Below, piece after piece: positions 24,636 to 32,000 of a stretch of DNA of 32,000 nucleotides. The stretch is taken from the NCBI RefSeq assembly GCF_000021685.1, contig NC_011961.1, positions 279,527 to 311,526 on the forward strand, given 5' to 3'. The first letter of the stretch is position 1, and the number at the start of each line of letters is the position of its first letter. Made by a program: the position numbers and the translations under genes. This DNA is from Thermomicrobium roseum DSM 5159 (lineage in GTDB: Bacteria; Chloroflexota; Chloroflexia; Thermomicrobiales; Thermomicrobiaceae). Under the pieces are notes generated by a model, which saw nothing but the letters and a program-made list of their open reading frames with translations, did no database searches and was not told the DNA's origin.

Positions 24636-25480
24636 TGCGGTGCTCCCACGCTCGTCATGCCATCTGGGGGAAGGGCGAGTGACTGGGCAGACCGTGCTTC
24701 TGGCCAGGTGCGGACGAGCGCGGGAAGTCGCGACCAGAGCGAGCGGATCGCACGAGCGTAGCGCTCGAACCGCTCATCGTCATGAGCTGACCAGCTGAAG
24801 CCATAGGCCGCGCGGAGCCAGTCGGGCAGAAAACCGATGGTCAGCCAACGCCAGACGCGGACGCTCGGGGCGAGCCACCAGGGATGCGGTGGGGAAAGGA
24901 CGGAGTCGGCGAGTTGTCGCGTGAGCGGTGTGACGGCGAGTGTCCCCTCCCGGCGTGCTCGGGTGATCTTTTCCTCGATCTCCCCCCAGGAGCGAGGAAG
25001 GTACCCATTGGGTATGCCCAGCCAAAACTCCATCGCGCTCGCTTCACGACAATAGCGGTCTCGCTCCTCCGGGGTGAGCACGCGGACGAAACGCTCGTAT
25101 GCCGTGATCGTCGCTTCGACGGTCGTGGTGTGCACCCAGACGAGGAGATCAGGATCGTGCGCGCTGTACCGGGTACCGGCTGGAAAGCGACCGCTCGGCT
25201 CCCGGAGCATGCCTCGTACGCGGTCGTGAGTGCGGATGATGCGGGCAGCGGCTGCTCGGGCTGCCTCGGGGGAGCCGAAGGTGAGGGCGCGCATCGCGTT
25301 CACCGTTGCGCGAAAGCGTCGGAAGGCTGACCAGGTATCGCGGGCGAACGACGAATGCTCGGCGACCCCCGCTGCGACGAGAGGATGAGCGAGTTGGGCG
25401 AGGATCGCTCGACCCCACCCCAGGACGACGATCCGTTCGGCGTTGACGATCTGGACGATCGACCGCGACTCTCGCATCAT
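24632..25480 (-). CDS. oxygenase MpaB family (DUF2236) protein
   Basis: ILAQLAHPLVAAGVAEHSSF...RFRATVNAMRALTFGSPEAARAAAARIIRTHDRVRG...HDPDLLVWVHTT matches my memory of DUF2236/MpaB proteins. The ATG overlaps the methyltransferase stop (ATGA). Confidence 0.7.
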   Translation of the reverse strand: MMRESRSIVQIVNAERIVVLGWGRAILAQLAHPLVAAGVAEHSSFARDTWSAFRRFRATVNAMRALTFGSPEAARAAAARIIRTHDRVRGMLREPSGRFPAGTRYSAHDPDLLVWVHTTTVEATITAYERFVRVLTPEERDRYCREASAMEFWLGIPNGYLPRSWGEIEEKITRARREGTLAVTPLTRQLADSVLSPPHPWWLAPSVRVWRWLTIGFLPDWLRAAYGFSWSAHDDERFERYARAIRSLWSRLPALVRTWPEARSAQSLALPPDGMTSVGAPQ

Positions 25481-26271
25481 GCGGACGAACTCTCCGAATC
25501 GCTCCCGACCACCAGGGGCTGGGATGGCTCGCTGGCCGTGCGAGCGACGAGCAACAGCCGCGATGACCAGAGTCGGTACGGTGTGGCGTCATCGTCGCCC
25601 CAGAATTCGAGGGCGACGAACCCACTCCGGCGTACCAGCGTTGCGAGCTCGCTCGCGGCGTAGAGACGCAGCGTGCGTGCACAGCGCTCGCTCGCCCCGG
25701 AGGGCCAGAGTACATGCCACTCGACCTGCACGGTGCCTTCGGGCAGGTCCCAGTGCTGGCGGACCAGAACGCGCAAACCGTCGATCTCGCCCCAGATCCG
25801 TTCGACGAAGTCGCGGACGAGCAGTTCGCGATTGGGCAGGTCGAGGAGCAGCGTCCCTCCGGGCCGAAGAGCCAGCGCGAGTTGACGCAGCACTTCTTCG
25901 TCGGCCTGCTGGTTACCGCTCGTTCCGAGGACAAGACCCGAGGCGAGCACGAGATCGAAAGCGCGGCGGAAGGGGAGGCGCTGAGGATCGCGTCGAATCC
26001 AGTGAATCGGCGTCTTCGGGACATCGATCCGCCGGCGTGCTCGCTCGAGCAGGGGTTCGAGCGGCTCCACCACGGTGACATGTGCACCGTGATCCGCAAC
26101 GGCTGCAACGAGTTCCGGCGAAGGGAGGAGAAGAAGCACGCTTGCTCCGGGCACGAGCCACTGACGTTCTCTGAGCGCTCGCAGCAAGCAAGGCCGAGCG
26201 GGATCCTCCGGCACTGGTCGCCCGAACTCGCGCAGCAGCTGAGCGAAGAGCACGTCGCTCTGACTCGCCAT
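25477..26271 (-). CDS. class I SAM-dependent methyltransferase
   Basis: Motif I-like VLLLLPSPELVAAVADHGAHVTVVEP, post-I/II FDLVLASGLVLG and LRPGGTLLLDLPN. ATG 26271 has GAGGGAGG 8 nt upstream. The alternative GTG 26289 would overlap the htrA stop. Confidence 0.75.
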   Translation of the reverse strand: MASQSDVLFAQLLREFGRPVPEDPARPCLLRALRERQWLVPGASVLLLLPSPELVAAVADHGAHVTVVEPLEPLLERARRRIDVPKTPIHWIRRDPQRLPFRRAFDLVLASGLVLGTSGNQQADEEVLRQLALALRPGGTLLLDLPNRELLVRDFVERIWGEIDGLRVLVRQHWDLPEGTVQVEWHVLWPSGASERCARTLRLYAASELATLVRRSGFVALEFWGDDDATPYRLWSSRLLLVARTASEPSQPLVVGSDSESSSA

Positions 26272-26285
26272 CGCGATCGCCTCCC

Positions 26286-27440
26286 TCACTGGATGACCGG
26301 GGCGCTCCCGAGGGTCACCGTGAACGTCTGCTCGCGGCCTTGGCGATTGACCACGATCCTGACCTGGTCGCCTGGCTGGTGGGCAGCGAGGACCGCTTGC
26401 AGCTCGTCGCTCCGCGTGACGTCGCGGTCGTCGACGCGGACGATGACGTCACCGGGTTGCAGTCCGGCTCGCTCGGCTGGACTGTCCGGGGCCACATCGA
26501 CGATGAGGACACCGCGCTGCACTGGCAACCCGTAAGCTGCGGCGAGAGCAGGGGTCATGCTGACCGAGGTGATGCCGAGATACGCGCGCGGGCGAGCCTC
26601 CAAAAGTTGCTGCACGATCTCTTTGGCCTTGTTGATGGGAATGGCGAAGCCGATCCCCTCGGCCGTCTGGATCTTGGCCGAGTTGATCCCCACGACCCGA
26701 CCGGCGAGGTCGACGAGTGGCCCACCGGAGTTACCAGGGTTGATGGCCGCGTCGGTCTGGATGAGGGGACCGATAGCTGGCTCCCCGAAGCCCGGGCCGA
26801 TCGTCCGGTCGAGCGCGCTGACTACGCCAGCGGTGACCGTGGGACCGCCTTCCAGCCCGAGAGCGTTACCGATCGCGACGACCCATTGCCCGACGCGCAG
26901 TTGATCGCTGTCCCCCAGCGGAGCGACGGGCAAGTTTTCCCCGTCGATCTTGACGACAGCGATATCGTTGGATGGGGAGCGGCCCAGCACGCGACCGGTG
27001 AACTGCCGACCATCGCTGAGCACGACTCGGATTTCTTGTGCGCCAGCGATCACGTGGTCGTTGGTGAGGATGTAGCCGCGCGGATCGAAGATGACTCCTG
27101 AGCCGACTCCTTCCTGAATCTGCCCGAAGCCGAAGAGGCCCGGTACGATGGCCCGGACAGACACATAGACGACAGCTGGTATCACCTGAGCGGCGACCTG
27201 CTCGATCGCGGTCGCGAAGTCTCCCGTCGGAGCTGGAGCGGGGAGGGTGACAGGGCTCGCGGAGGCCGGCGGAGAGAGCTGAGCGATCGGTGCCAGTGAT
27301 GGCGTGTTGGTGGCGATGGGTGTGCGTGCGGCAAGAGTCGTCGGTGTCGCGGCGAGGCGGACGCTCAGGCATCCACTTCCGGCTACCCAGCCGGCCAAGA
27401 AGGCGATGACGATACCGGCAGCGATGGACAGACGGCGCAT
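26286..27440 (-). CDS. HtrA/DegP-family (S1C) serine protease, N-terminally membrane-anchored, one PDZ domain
   Basis: Track ORF 26286..27545, trimmed to ATG 27440 (GGGAGGGA RBS). MRRLSIAAGIVIAFLAGWVAGSG anchor. Triad contexts YILTNDHVI, NDIAVVKI and NPGNSGGPLVD. PDZ: GVLIVDVAPDSPAERAGLQPGDVIVRVDD. Confidence 0.88.
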   Translation of the reverse strand: MRRLSIAAGIVIAFLAGWVAGSGCLSVRLAATPTTLAARTPIATNTPSLAPIAQLSPPASASPVTLPAPAPTGDFATAIEQVAAQVIPAVVYVSVRAIVPGLFGFGQIQEGVGSGVIFDPRGYILTNDHVIAGAQEIRVVLSDGRQFTGRVLGRSPSNDIAVVKIDGENLPVAPLGDSDQLRVGQWVVAIGNALGLEGGPTVTAGVVSALDRTIGPGFGEPAIGPLIQTDAAINPGNSGGPLVDLAGRVVGINSAKIQTAEGIGFAIPINKAKEIVQQLLEARPRAYLGITSVSMTPALAAAYGLPVQRGVLIVDVAPDSPAERAGLQPGDVIVRVDDRDVTRSDELQAVLAAHQPGDQVRIVVNRQGREQTFTVTLGSAPVIQ

Positions 27441-27546
27441 CCTCGACTCCCTCCCTGATCTCCGAGCCCCAGCTGCAATCCTACGACCAGGGCAGGACGT
27501 ATGATAGTGGCACTGGGATGGTCGGGTGTCTGGTGTGTGGCGCACG

Positions 27547-28113
27547 ATGAAGGGAGAGACGACCGGGCCGAGCGACCTCGAACTGGTCGCCCGGCTTCGT
27601 TCCCGTGATCGAGCGGCGCTCGAGGCACTCTATGACCGTTACGCGCGCCGTGTGTACTCCCTGGCGCTCAGCATCGTGCGCGACCAGCAGGCTGCCGAGG
27701 ACATCACCCAGGAGCTGTTCATCCACTTGTGGCAGTTCCCGCATCTCTACGAGCCGGAGCGAGGAGCGTTTGCCCCTTGGCTCCTGCGATCGGCCCGGAA
27801 TCGGGCCATCGATATCCTGCGCCGGCGCTCTCGCGACTACCAGGTCGGGGTTCGGTTCGACACGATGAGCGCGCTGGCACAGGACGATCCCGATGATCTG
27901 GTGCTGCGAGCGGAGGTGGCTGCTGGGCTGCAGCGCGCTCTGGCCGAACTGGACAGTGGACTCCGGGAAGTGCTCGAGCTCGCCTACTTCAGTGGGCTGA
28001 CGCAACGGGAGATTGCCGAACGGCTCGGGCTCCCGCTCGGGACGGTCAAGACACGCGTGCGGACAGCACTGCGGCGTCTCGCGGAAGCGCTGGCAGGAGA
28101 TCGGGAGTCATGA
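27547..28113 (+). CDS. ECF (group 4) RNA polymerase sigma-70 family factor
   Basis: Region 2: LELVARLRSRDRAALEALYDRYARRVYSLALSIVRDQQAAEDITQELFIHLW. Region 4 HTH: LAYFSGLTQREIAERLGLPLGTVKTRVRTALRRL. ATG 27547 is preferred to GTG 27526. Confidence 0.9.
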   Translation: MKGETTGPSDLELVARLRSRDRAALEALYDRYARRVYSLALSIVRDQQAAEDITQELFIHLWQFPHLYEPERGAFAPWLLRSARNRAIDILRRRSRDYQVGVRFDTMSALAQDDPDDLVLRAEVAAGLQRALAELDSGLREVLELAYFSGLTQREIAERLGLPLGTVKTRVRTALRRLAEALAGDRES

Positions 28114-28856
28114 CAGGACGATCGCTGACCGATCACGACGTGGACCTGGAAGCGTACGCGCTGGGCCTGCTGGACCCTGAGGAGGCGGTGGTGGTGGCGC
28201 AGCACCTGGAAGCGTGTGCACTGTGCCGAAATGAGTTGCACCGGATCGAGGAGACACTCGGTTGGCTGGGAACAGCCGTTCGACCAGTCGAACCGCCACC
28301 GACGCTCCGGAATCGGGTCCTCGTCGAAGCAGATCCTGGAGATCGGCGGCGCTGGCGGCTGGCGTGGGCTTGGGGTGGACTGGCTGCGGCGGCGCTCTTG
28401 TTGCTCGGGGTCCTGCTGCTGGCCGTGACGCGTCTCGAGCGCCGGCTCGATGAGTTCGCGAGCCAGCAAGAGCGGATCGCCGCTGTCCTCGCGAGGGCCG
28501 ATTGGTCGACCGTCGTGCAGGGGGAAGGAGCAGGTTTCCCGCCGGAGGTCGGCCGGATCTACGTCGATCGCGGGGGACGCGATGGGCTGCTGGTGCTCGG
28601 TGGTCTCGAGCGTCCTGAAGCTGGCCGGGTGTATCAGGTCTGGCTGCTGCGCGCAGATGGGAGCCGCGTCGATGCGGGGGTCTTTCTCCCCGACCGTGCC
28701 GGGTCGGCGCTGCTCTTGATCGAGGCTCCGGACGATTGGACACGGTATCGTGGCATGGGTATCACGGTCGAGCCAGGTCCCCAGGGGAGCACGGAGCCGA
28801 CTGGCCAGCGGATCGCTGGCTGCAACTGGGACTGGTCGGCGTGGGCGCGATCGTGA
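28110..28856 (+). CDS. anti-sigma factor: N-terminal zinc-finger (ZAS, HxxxCxxC), single TM, extracytoplasmic RskA-like domain
   Basis: The ATG overlaps the sigma stop (ATGA). HLEACALCRNEL is the ZAS motif. TM: WAWGGLAAAALLLLGVLLLAV. The C-terminal YQVWLLRADGSRVDAGVF...GMGITVEPGPQGSTEPTG resembles the anti-sigma-K RskA domain. Confidence 0.85.
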   Translation: MTGRSLTDHDVDLEAYALGLLDPEEAVVVAQHLEACALCRNELHRIEETLGWLGTAVRPVEPPPTLRNRVLVEADPGDRRRWRLAWAWGGLAAAALLLLGVLLLAVTRLERRLDEFASQQERIAAVLARADWSTVVQGEGAGFPPEVGRIYVDRGGRDGLLVLGGLERPEAGRVYQVWLLRADGSRVDAGVFLPDRAGSALLLIEAPDDWTRYRGMGITVEPGPQGSTEPTGQRIAGCNWDWSAWARS

Positions 28857-29045
28857 CGGACAGCCTGGATCGCGTGAGCGTCAGCATCACCTCGTCTGGA
28901 CAGGAGCCCTGAGCGACTGCACTGTGGGCAGGAGCGGACGCTCGGGCCGTCATTCAGCGAACACCCGGCGATGCGTGCCAGGGGCAAGCAGCCCCGCTGG
29001 ATCCGGTGTAGCCGGTGAAGGTATTCGATGGCGGAGGAGAGAGAA

Positions 29046-29075
29046 CGAGCCCGGGGGAATGCTGCCCCGGGCTCG
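29046..29075 (-). terminator. intrinsic terminator candidate for the ABC substrate-binding protein gene
   Basis: Perfect 11-bp GC-rich stem CGAGCCCGGGG / CCCCGGGCTCG with an 8-nt loop, about 17 nt after the stop at 29092. It is followed on the reverse strand by TTCTCTCTCC. Confidence 0.55.
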
Positions 29076-29091
29076 CTCGTCGAGTTCCGGA

Positions 29092-30936
29092 TCAGTGCTT
29101 GAGAATCTTGTAGTAGTCGTAGTCTCGAGTAAAGATATTCCAAGCTGGCATGAAGTCACCGTTGCGATTGCGGGGGAGATTCGTGACCCATGGCTTCATG
29201 AGTCCGTAGCTCCAGGGGTTGTAGACGTAGATTGCCGCGGCCTCCTCCAGCTGGATCAGTTGGGCCTTGTAGTACAGCTCGTAGCGCTTCTTCGGATCCT
29301 GCTCGCCGTTCGCCTGGAGCGTGAGTCGGTCGAATTCCTCGTTTGACCACTCATGGCGGCGGCCCGTCGGTGCCTTCGAATACCAGACTTGGAAGAGGGT
29401 GTTGGCGGGGTCGGGGTAGTCGACGTACCAACGGACCCACATGAGCGGGATCTCGTGCTTCCACATCCGCTCGTAGGTCTCGCGTGGCTCGCCGATGATG
29501 TGCTCGAGCTCCATACCGAGCACTTCCTTGAGCATCTGGATGATGGCAGCAGCAGCGGCCTTTGGAGCGTCACCCTCCTCGCGGTGGGTGAGGGTGAGAC
29601 CCTTCGGCCAGTTCTTGCCGCCCTCGTAAGGAGTACCCTTGAGCCACTGGCGCGCCTTGTCCGGGTTGTACTCGGTGAGTTCGCGGATCTTGTCGTCCGG
29701 TTCGATGTAGTAGGGCATACCAGGCGGTGTGAAGGTGTAGGCGACCGTGGCGAGCCCCTTGAGCACCTGCTTGACGATCGTCTCGCGGTCGATAGCATGG
29801 GCCATGGCCCGGCGCACTTCTTTGAGATTGTAGGGCTCGAACTTCGGATCGGGAACGAGATACCAGGTCCCGAAGAGGTTGAACTGGTGGTACTCCTTGC
29901 TGAGCTTGGGATCGGAGCGGATCCGCTCGAGCTGGCCGAGTGGTCCGCGCCACATCCAGTCGATCTCGTTGTTCTCGTAGGCTTGCAGCACTGCTTCGCT
30001 CGGGATGATCGGGCGCTCGACCCGCTGGAGCGTGATGTTCTTGGCGTTCCAATACTTCTCGTTCTTCTCCAAGACGACGATCTTGTCGTGCTCCCAGCGG
30101 ACGAGCTTGAAGGGGCCGTTGCAGACGATGTTTTCGGCCTCGGTCCACTTGTCGCCGTACTTCTCGACCGAGGGGCGATGGGCTGGCGCGGCGGCGATAT
30201 AGGCGGCCAGAATGGGGAAATAACCGCGTGGCCCCTCCAGTGTGACCTGGAGCGTGTAGTCGTCGAGCGCTTTGACGCCGACGTCGTCGCGCGTCACACC
30301 GGGCTTCTGGGTATTGAACGCTTCTGCATTCTTGATGTCGTACAGGAAACCTGCATAGGGGGCGGCGGTGGCTGGATCGAGCTGACGCTTCCAGGACCAC
30401 TCGTAGTCGTGGGCAGTGACCGGATCACCGTTGCTCCAGTAACTGTCCTTGCGGATGTAGAAGGTCCAGACCGACGCGTCCTGGTTGGGCTCCCAGCGCT
30501 CGGCGATATCGGGAACCACCTCGAGGTCCGGCGTGAACATGCCGAGCATGGCGAAGGTGGACTCGTCGCCCCCACAATAGAGATCACGGTTGAAATCGAA
30601 GCTCTGCGGGTCCCGCTCGAGGTTGGTACGGAAGACCTGATCCGCGGCGAGTTCCCCCTCGGCGGGCGTGGGAGCAGGGGCGGCAGTCGGGGTCGGGCCG
30701 ACTGCGCGCGGTGGTGTGGGAGTCGGGACAGGCGGTGGCGTGACGGCTGCGACAGGGGTCGGCGTGGCTTCAGGACCGCGCTGGCAGGCTGCTGCGGCCA
30801 AGGCTGCGCCGGTTGTTCCGCCGACTGCGCCCACTATGCGGATGAACTCGCGCCGGTCCATACCGACGACTTGGAACCGTTTCCACAAGAGGGCGACTTG
30901 CTCAGGATCTTCCCACCAGCGGAGTTTGTCGCTCAT
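29092..30936 (-). CDS. ABC transporter substrate-binding protein, family 5 (peptide/nickel, DppA/OppA-like), Tat-type lipoprotein signal
   Basis: Track ORF 29092..31011, trimmed to ATG 30936 with GAGGAGGAGG upstream. Twin-arginine MDRREFIRIVGAVGG..AALAAAAC, a Pro/Thr-rich linker, then an SBP_bac_5-like body (WSNGDPVTAHDYEWSWKR, ..KFEPYNLKEVRRAMAHAIDRE..). Confidence 0.85.
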   Translation of the reverse strand: MSDKLRWWEDPEQVALLWKRFQVVGMDRREFIRIVGAVGGTTGAALAAAACQRGPEATPTPVAAVTPPPVPTPTPPRAVGPTPTAAPAPTPAEGELAADQVFRTNLERDPQSFDFNRDLYCGGDESTFAMLGMFTPDLEVVPDIAERWEPNQDASVWTFYIRKDSYWSNGDPVTAHDYEWSWKRQLDPATAAPYAGFLYDIKNAEAFNTQKPGVTRDDVGVKALDDYTLQVTLEGPRGYFPILAAYIAAAPAHRPSVEKYGDKWTEAENIVCNGPFKLVRWEHDKIVVLEKNEKYWNAKNITLQRVERPIIPSEAVLQAYENNEIDWMWRGPLGQLERIRSDPKLSKEYHQFNLFGTWYLVPDPKFEPYNLKEVRRAMAHAIDRETIVKQVLKGLATVAYTFTPPGMPYYIEPDDKIRELTEYNPDKARQWLKGTPYEGGKNWPKGLTLTHREEGDAPKAAAAAIIQMLKEVLGMELEHIIGEPRETYERMWKHEIPLMWVRWYVDYPDPANTLFQVWYSKAPTGRRHEWSNEEFDRLTLQANGEQDPKKRYELYYKAQLIQLEEAAAIYVYNPWSYGLMKPWVTNLPRNRNGDFMPAWNIFTRDYDYYKILKH

Positions 30937-31017
30937 CGTACCTCCTCCTCTTGGATCACGAGACGACTCCTCGACTCGAAACGAGTGTCCATGGTTTCCG
31001 ATCGTGCACACCTCCTT

Positions 31018-31944
31018 TCAGTCGCGTTTGCGAGTCCGTGGATCGAGCGCGTCGCGCAGCCCGTCGCCGAGGAAGGTGAAACTGAGCATCAAAAGCGCGA
31101 TCAGGATGGTCGGGAAGATCGGCATGTACCAGTACGAAGTGATGTACTGCTGCGTCTCGCCAGCCATCTTCCCCCAGCTCGGGCGCGGTTCGGGAATGCC
31201 GATCCCGATGAAGCTGAGCGCTGCTTCGGTGAAGATGGCCTGGGGAATGCCGAAGGTCAGCGTCACGATGATCGGCGAGAGGGCGTTCGGCAGAAGATGC
31301 CGCGTGATGATGCGCCAGGGAGAAGCGCCAGCTGCGCGCGCAGCGATGACGAAATCGCGCTCGCGCAGCGCCAAGAACTCGGCGCGGGTAAGACGAGCGA
31401 GCGTGACCCAGCCAGTCACACCGATCGCGATGAAGATGTTCTGCATCCCGCGTCCGAGCGCCGCCATGATCAGGATGACGAAGAGGAGCTGGGGGAAGGC
31501 GTACATCACGTCAACAAAGCGCATCAGGATCGCGTCGACGCGGCCACCGAGGTAGCCAGCCAGCGCGCCGATGGGCACACCGATCAAGAAGACGATGACC
31601 TGCGCGCCGAGTCCGACGAGCATGGAGACCTGCGCACCCCAGATGAGGCGACTGAGCATGTCGCGACCGACGAGATCGGTGCCGAGCGGGTACTTCCCGG
31701 TCCAAGTCGGAAACCGGGAGACGGCCGAAAAATCGGCTTTGTCGTATGGGTACGGAGCGAGCACAGGTGCGAAGATCGCCATGAGGGTGAAGGTGGTGAC
31801 CATGATGAGCCCGAACAAGGCGAGGCGGTTGGCGAGCAAGCGACTGAGGGCATCGCGCCAGAGCGTCCGGTGAGGGCGAGCTGCCCAAATGAGGGCATCG
31901 GCCCGCTCTGCTCGACCGGTCATCCCAGCACCGGTGGTGGCCAT
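31018..31944 (-). CDS. ABC transporter permease (DppC/OppC-like, BPD_transp_1)
   Basis: Six TM helices. N-terminal OppC_N-like LWRDALSRLLANRLALFGLIMV. EAA-loop region TRAEFLALRERDFVIAARAAGASPWRIITRHLLPN. Lies immediately upstream of the SBP gene on the same strand. Confidence 0.88.
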   Translation of the reverse strand: MATTGAGMTGRAERADALIWAARPHRTLWRDALSRLLANRLALFGLIMVTTFTLMAIFAPVLAPYPYDKADFSAVSRFPTWTGKYPLGTDLVGRDMLSRLIWGAQVSMLVGLGAQVIVFLIGVPIGALAGYLGGRVDAILMRFVDVMYAFPQLLFVILIMAALGRGMQNIFIAIGVTGWVTLARLTRAEFLALRERDFVIAARAAGASPWRIITRHLLPNALSPIIVTLTFGIPQAIFTEAALSFIGIGIPEPRPSWGKMAGETQQYITSYWYMPIFPTILIALLMLSFTFLGDGLRDALDPRTRKRD

Positions 31945-31971
31945 GCGGTGAGCTCCTCTCCGCGTTTCGGC

Positions 31972-32000
31972 TCAAGCCAGGCGGATACGAGGATCGACGA
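31972..32000 (-). CDS. ABC transporter permease (DppB/OppB-like), extreme C-terminus only
   Basis: The reverse strand reads ..VDPRIRLA-stop (TGA at 31974-31972), the characteristic C-terminal ending of DppB/OppB-type permeases. Only 9 codons are in the window. Confidence 0.4.

Noticed and set aside
27474-27505. TATGAT at 27500-27505 considered as a -10 for the ECF sigma gene, together with a search for a GGAAC-N16/17-CGTC ECF-type promoter in the divergent region.
   Set aside because: There is no acceptable -35 at 16-19 nt spacing, and no ECF-like -35/-10 pair was found on either strand.

Overview
High-GC (~65%) bacterial chromosomal window. The strong GGAGG-type RBSs, many 4-nt ATGA/GTGA gene overlaps and protein flavour suggest a Thermomicrobia/Chloroflexota-like or actinobacteria-like thermophile, but that is only a guess. 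I support about 27 protein-coding genes and found no rRNA, tRNA, CRISPR array, transposase, integrase or recognisable defence system, so this looks like core genome rather than an island. Left to right: a truncated lipoprotein gene (-); two adjacent soluble methyl-accepting chemoreceptors (+); an AzgA/PbuG-type NCS2 purine permease (+); two small hydrophobic ORFs and a CDF metal exporter (-); a partial menaquinone operon, menB-menA-menC-(4-TM orf)-menE (+); an 837-aa double malic-enzyme fusion (+); a tandem-USP+CBS protein followed by a P2-type cation ATPase (-); an RHH-like hypothetical plus an HtrA protease (+); an MFS transporter (-); a tightly packed HtrA / SAM-methyltransferase / MpaB(DUF2236) / DD-carboxypeptidase gene string (-), three of whose four genes can be read as translationally coupled, divergent from an ECF sigma and ZAS-RskA anti-sigma pair (+); and the end of a peptide/nickel-type ABC importer (-). 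Many long ORFs in the supplied track are antisense shadow ORFs typical of GC-rich DNA, and I rejected them. I see no clear-cut novel multi-gene system. The best leads are: (1) the tandem malic-enzyme polypeptide whose N-terminal unit has lost the metal-binding motifs; (2) the orphan pair of TM-less chemoreceptors with C-terminal sensor modules, one matching the CZB zinc motif at every position I could check by eye; (3) the USP-USP-CBS fusion just upstream of the cation pump; (4) the ECF-linked envelope gene string with an embedded methyltransferase/MpaB pair; (5) two unusually long apparently non-coding gaps (3766-4431 and 7369-8308). All family calls come from motif recognition by eye; no database search was run.
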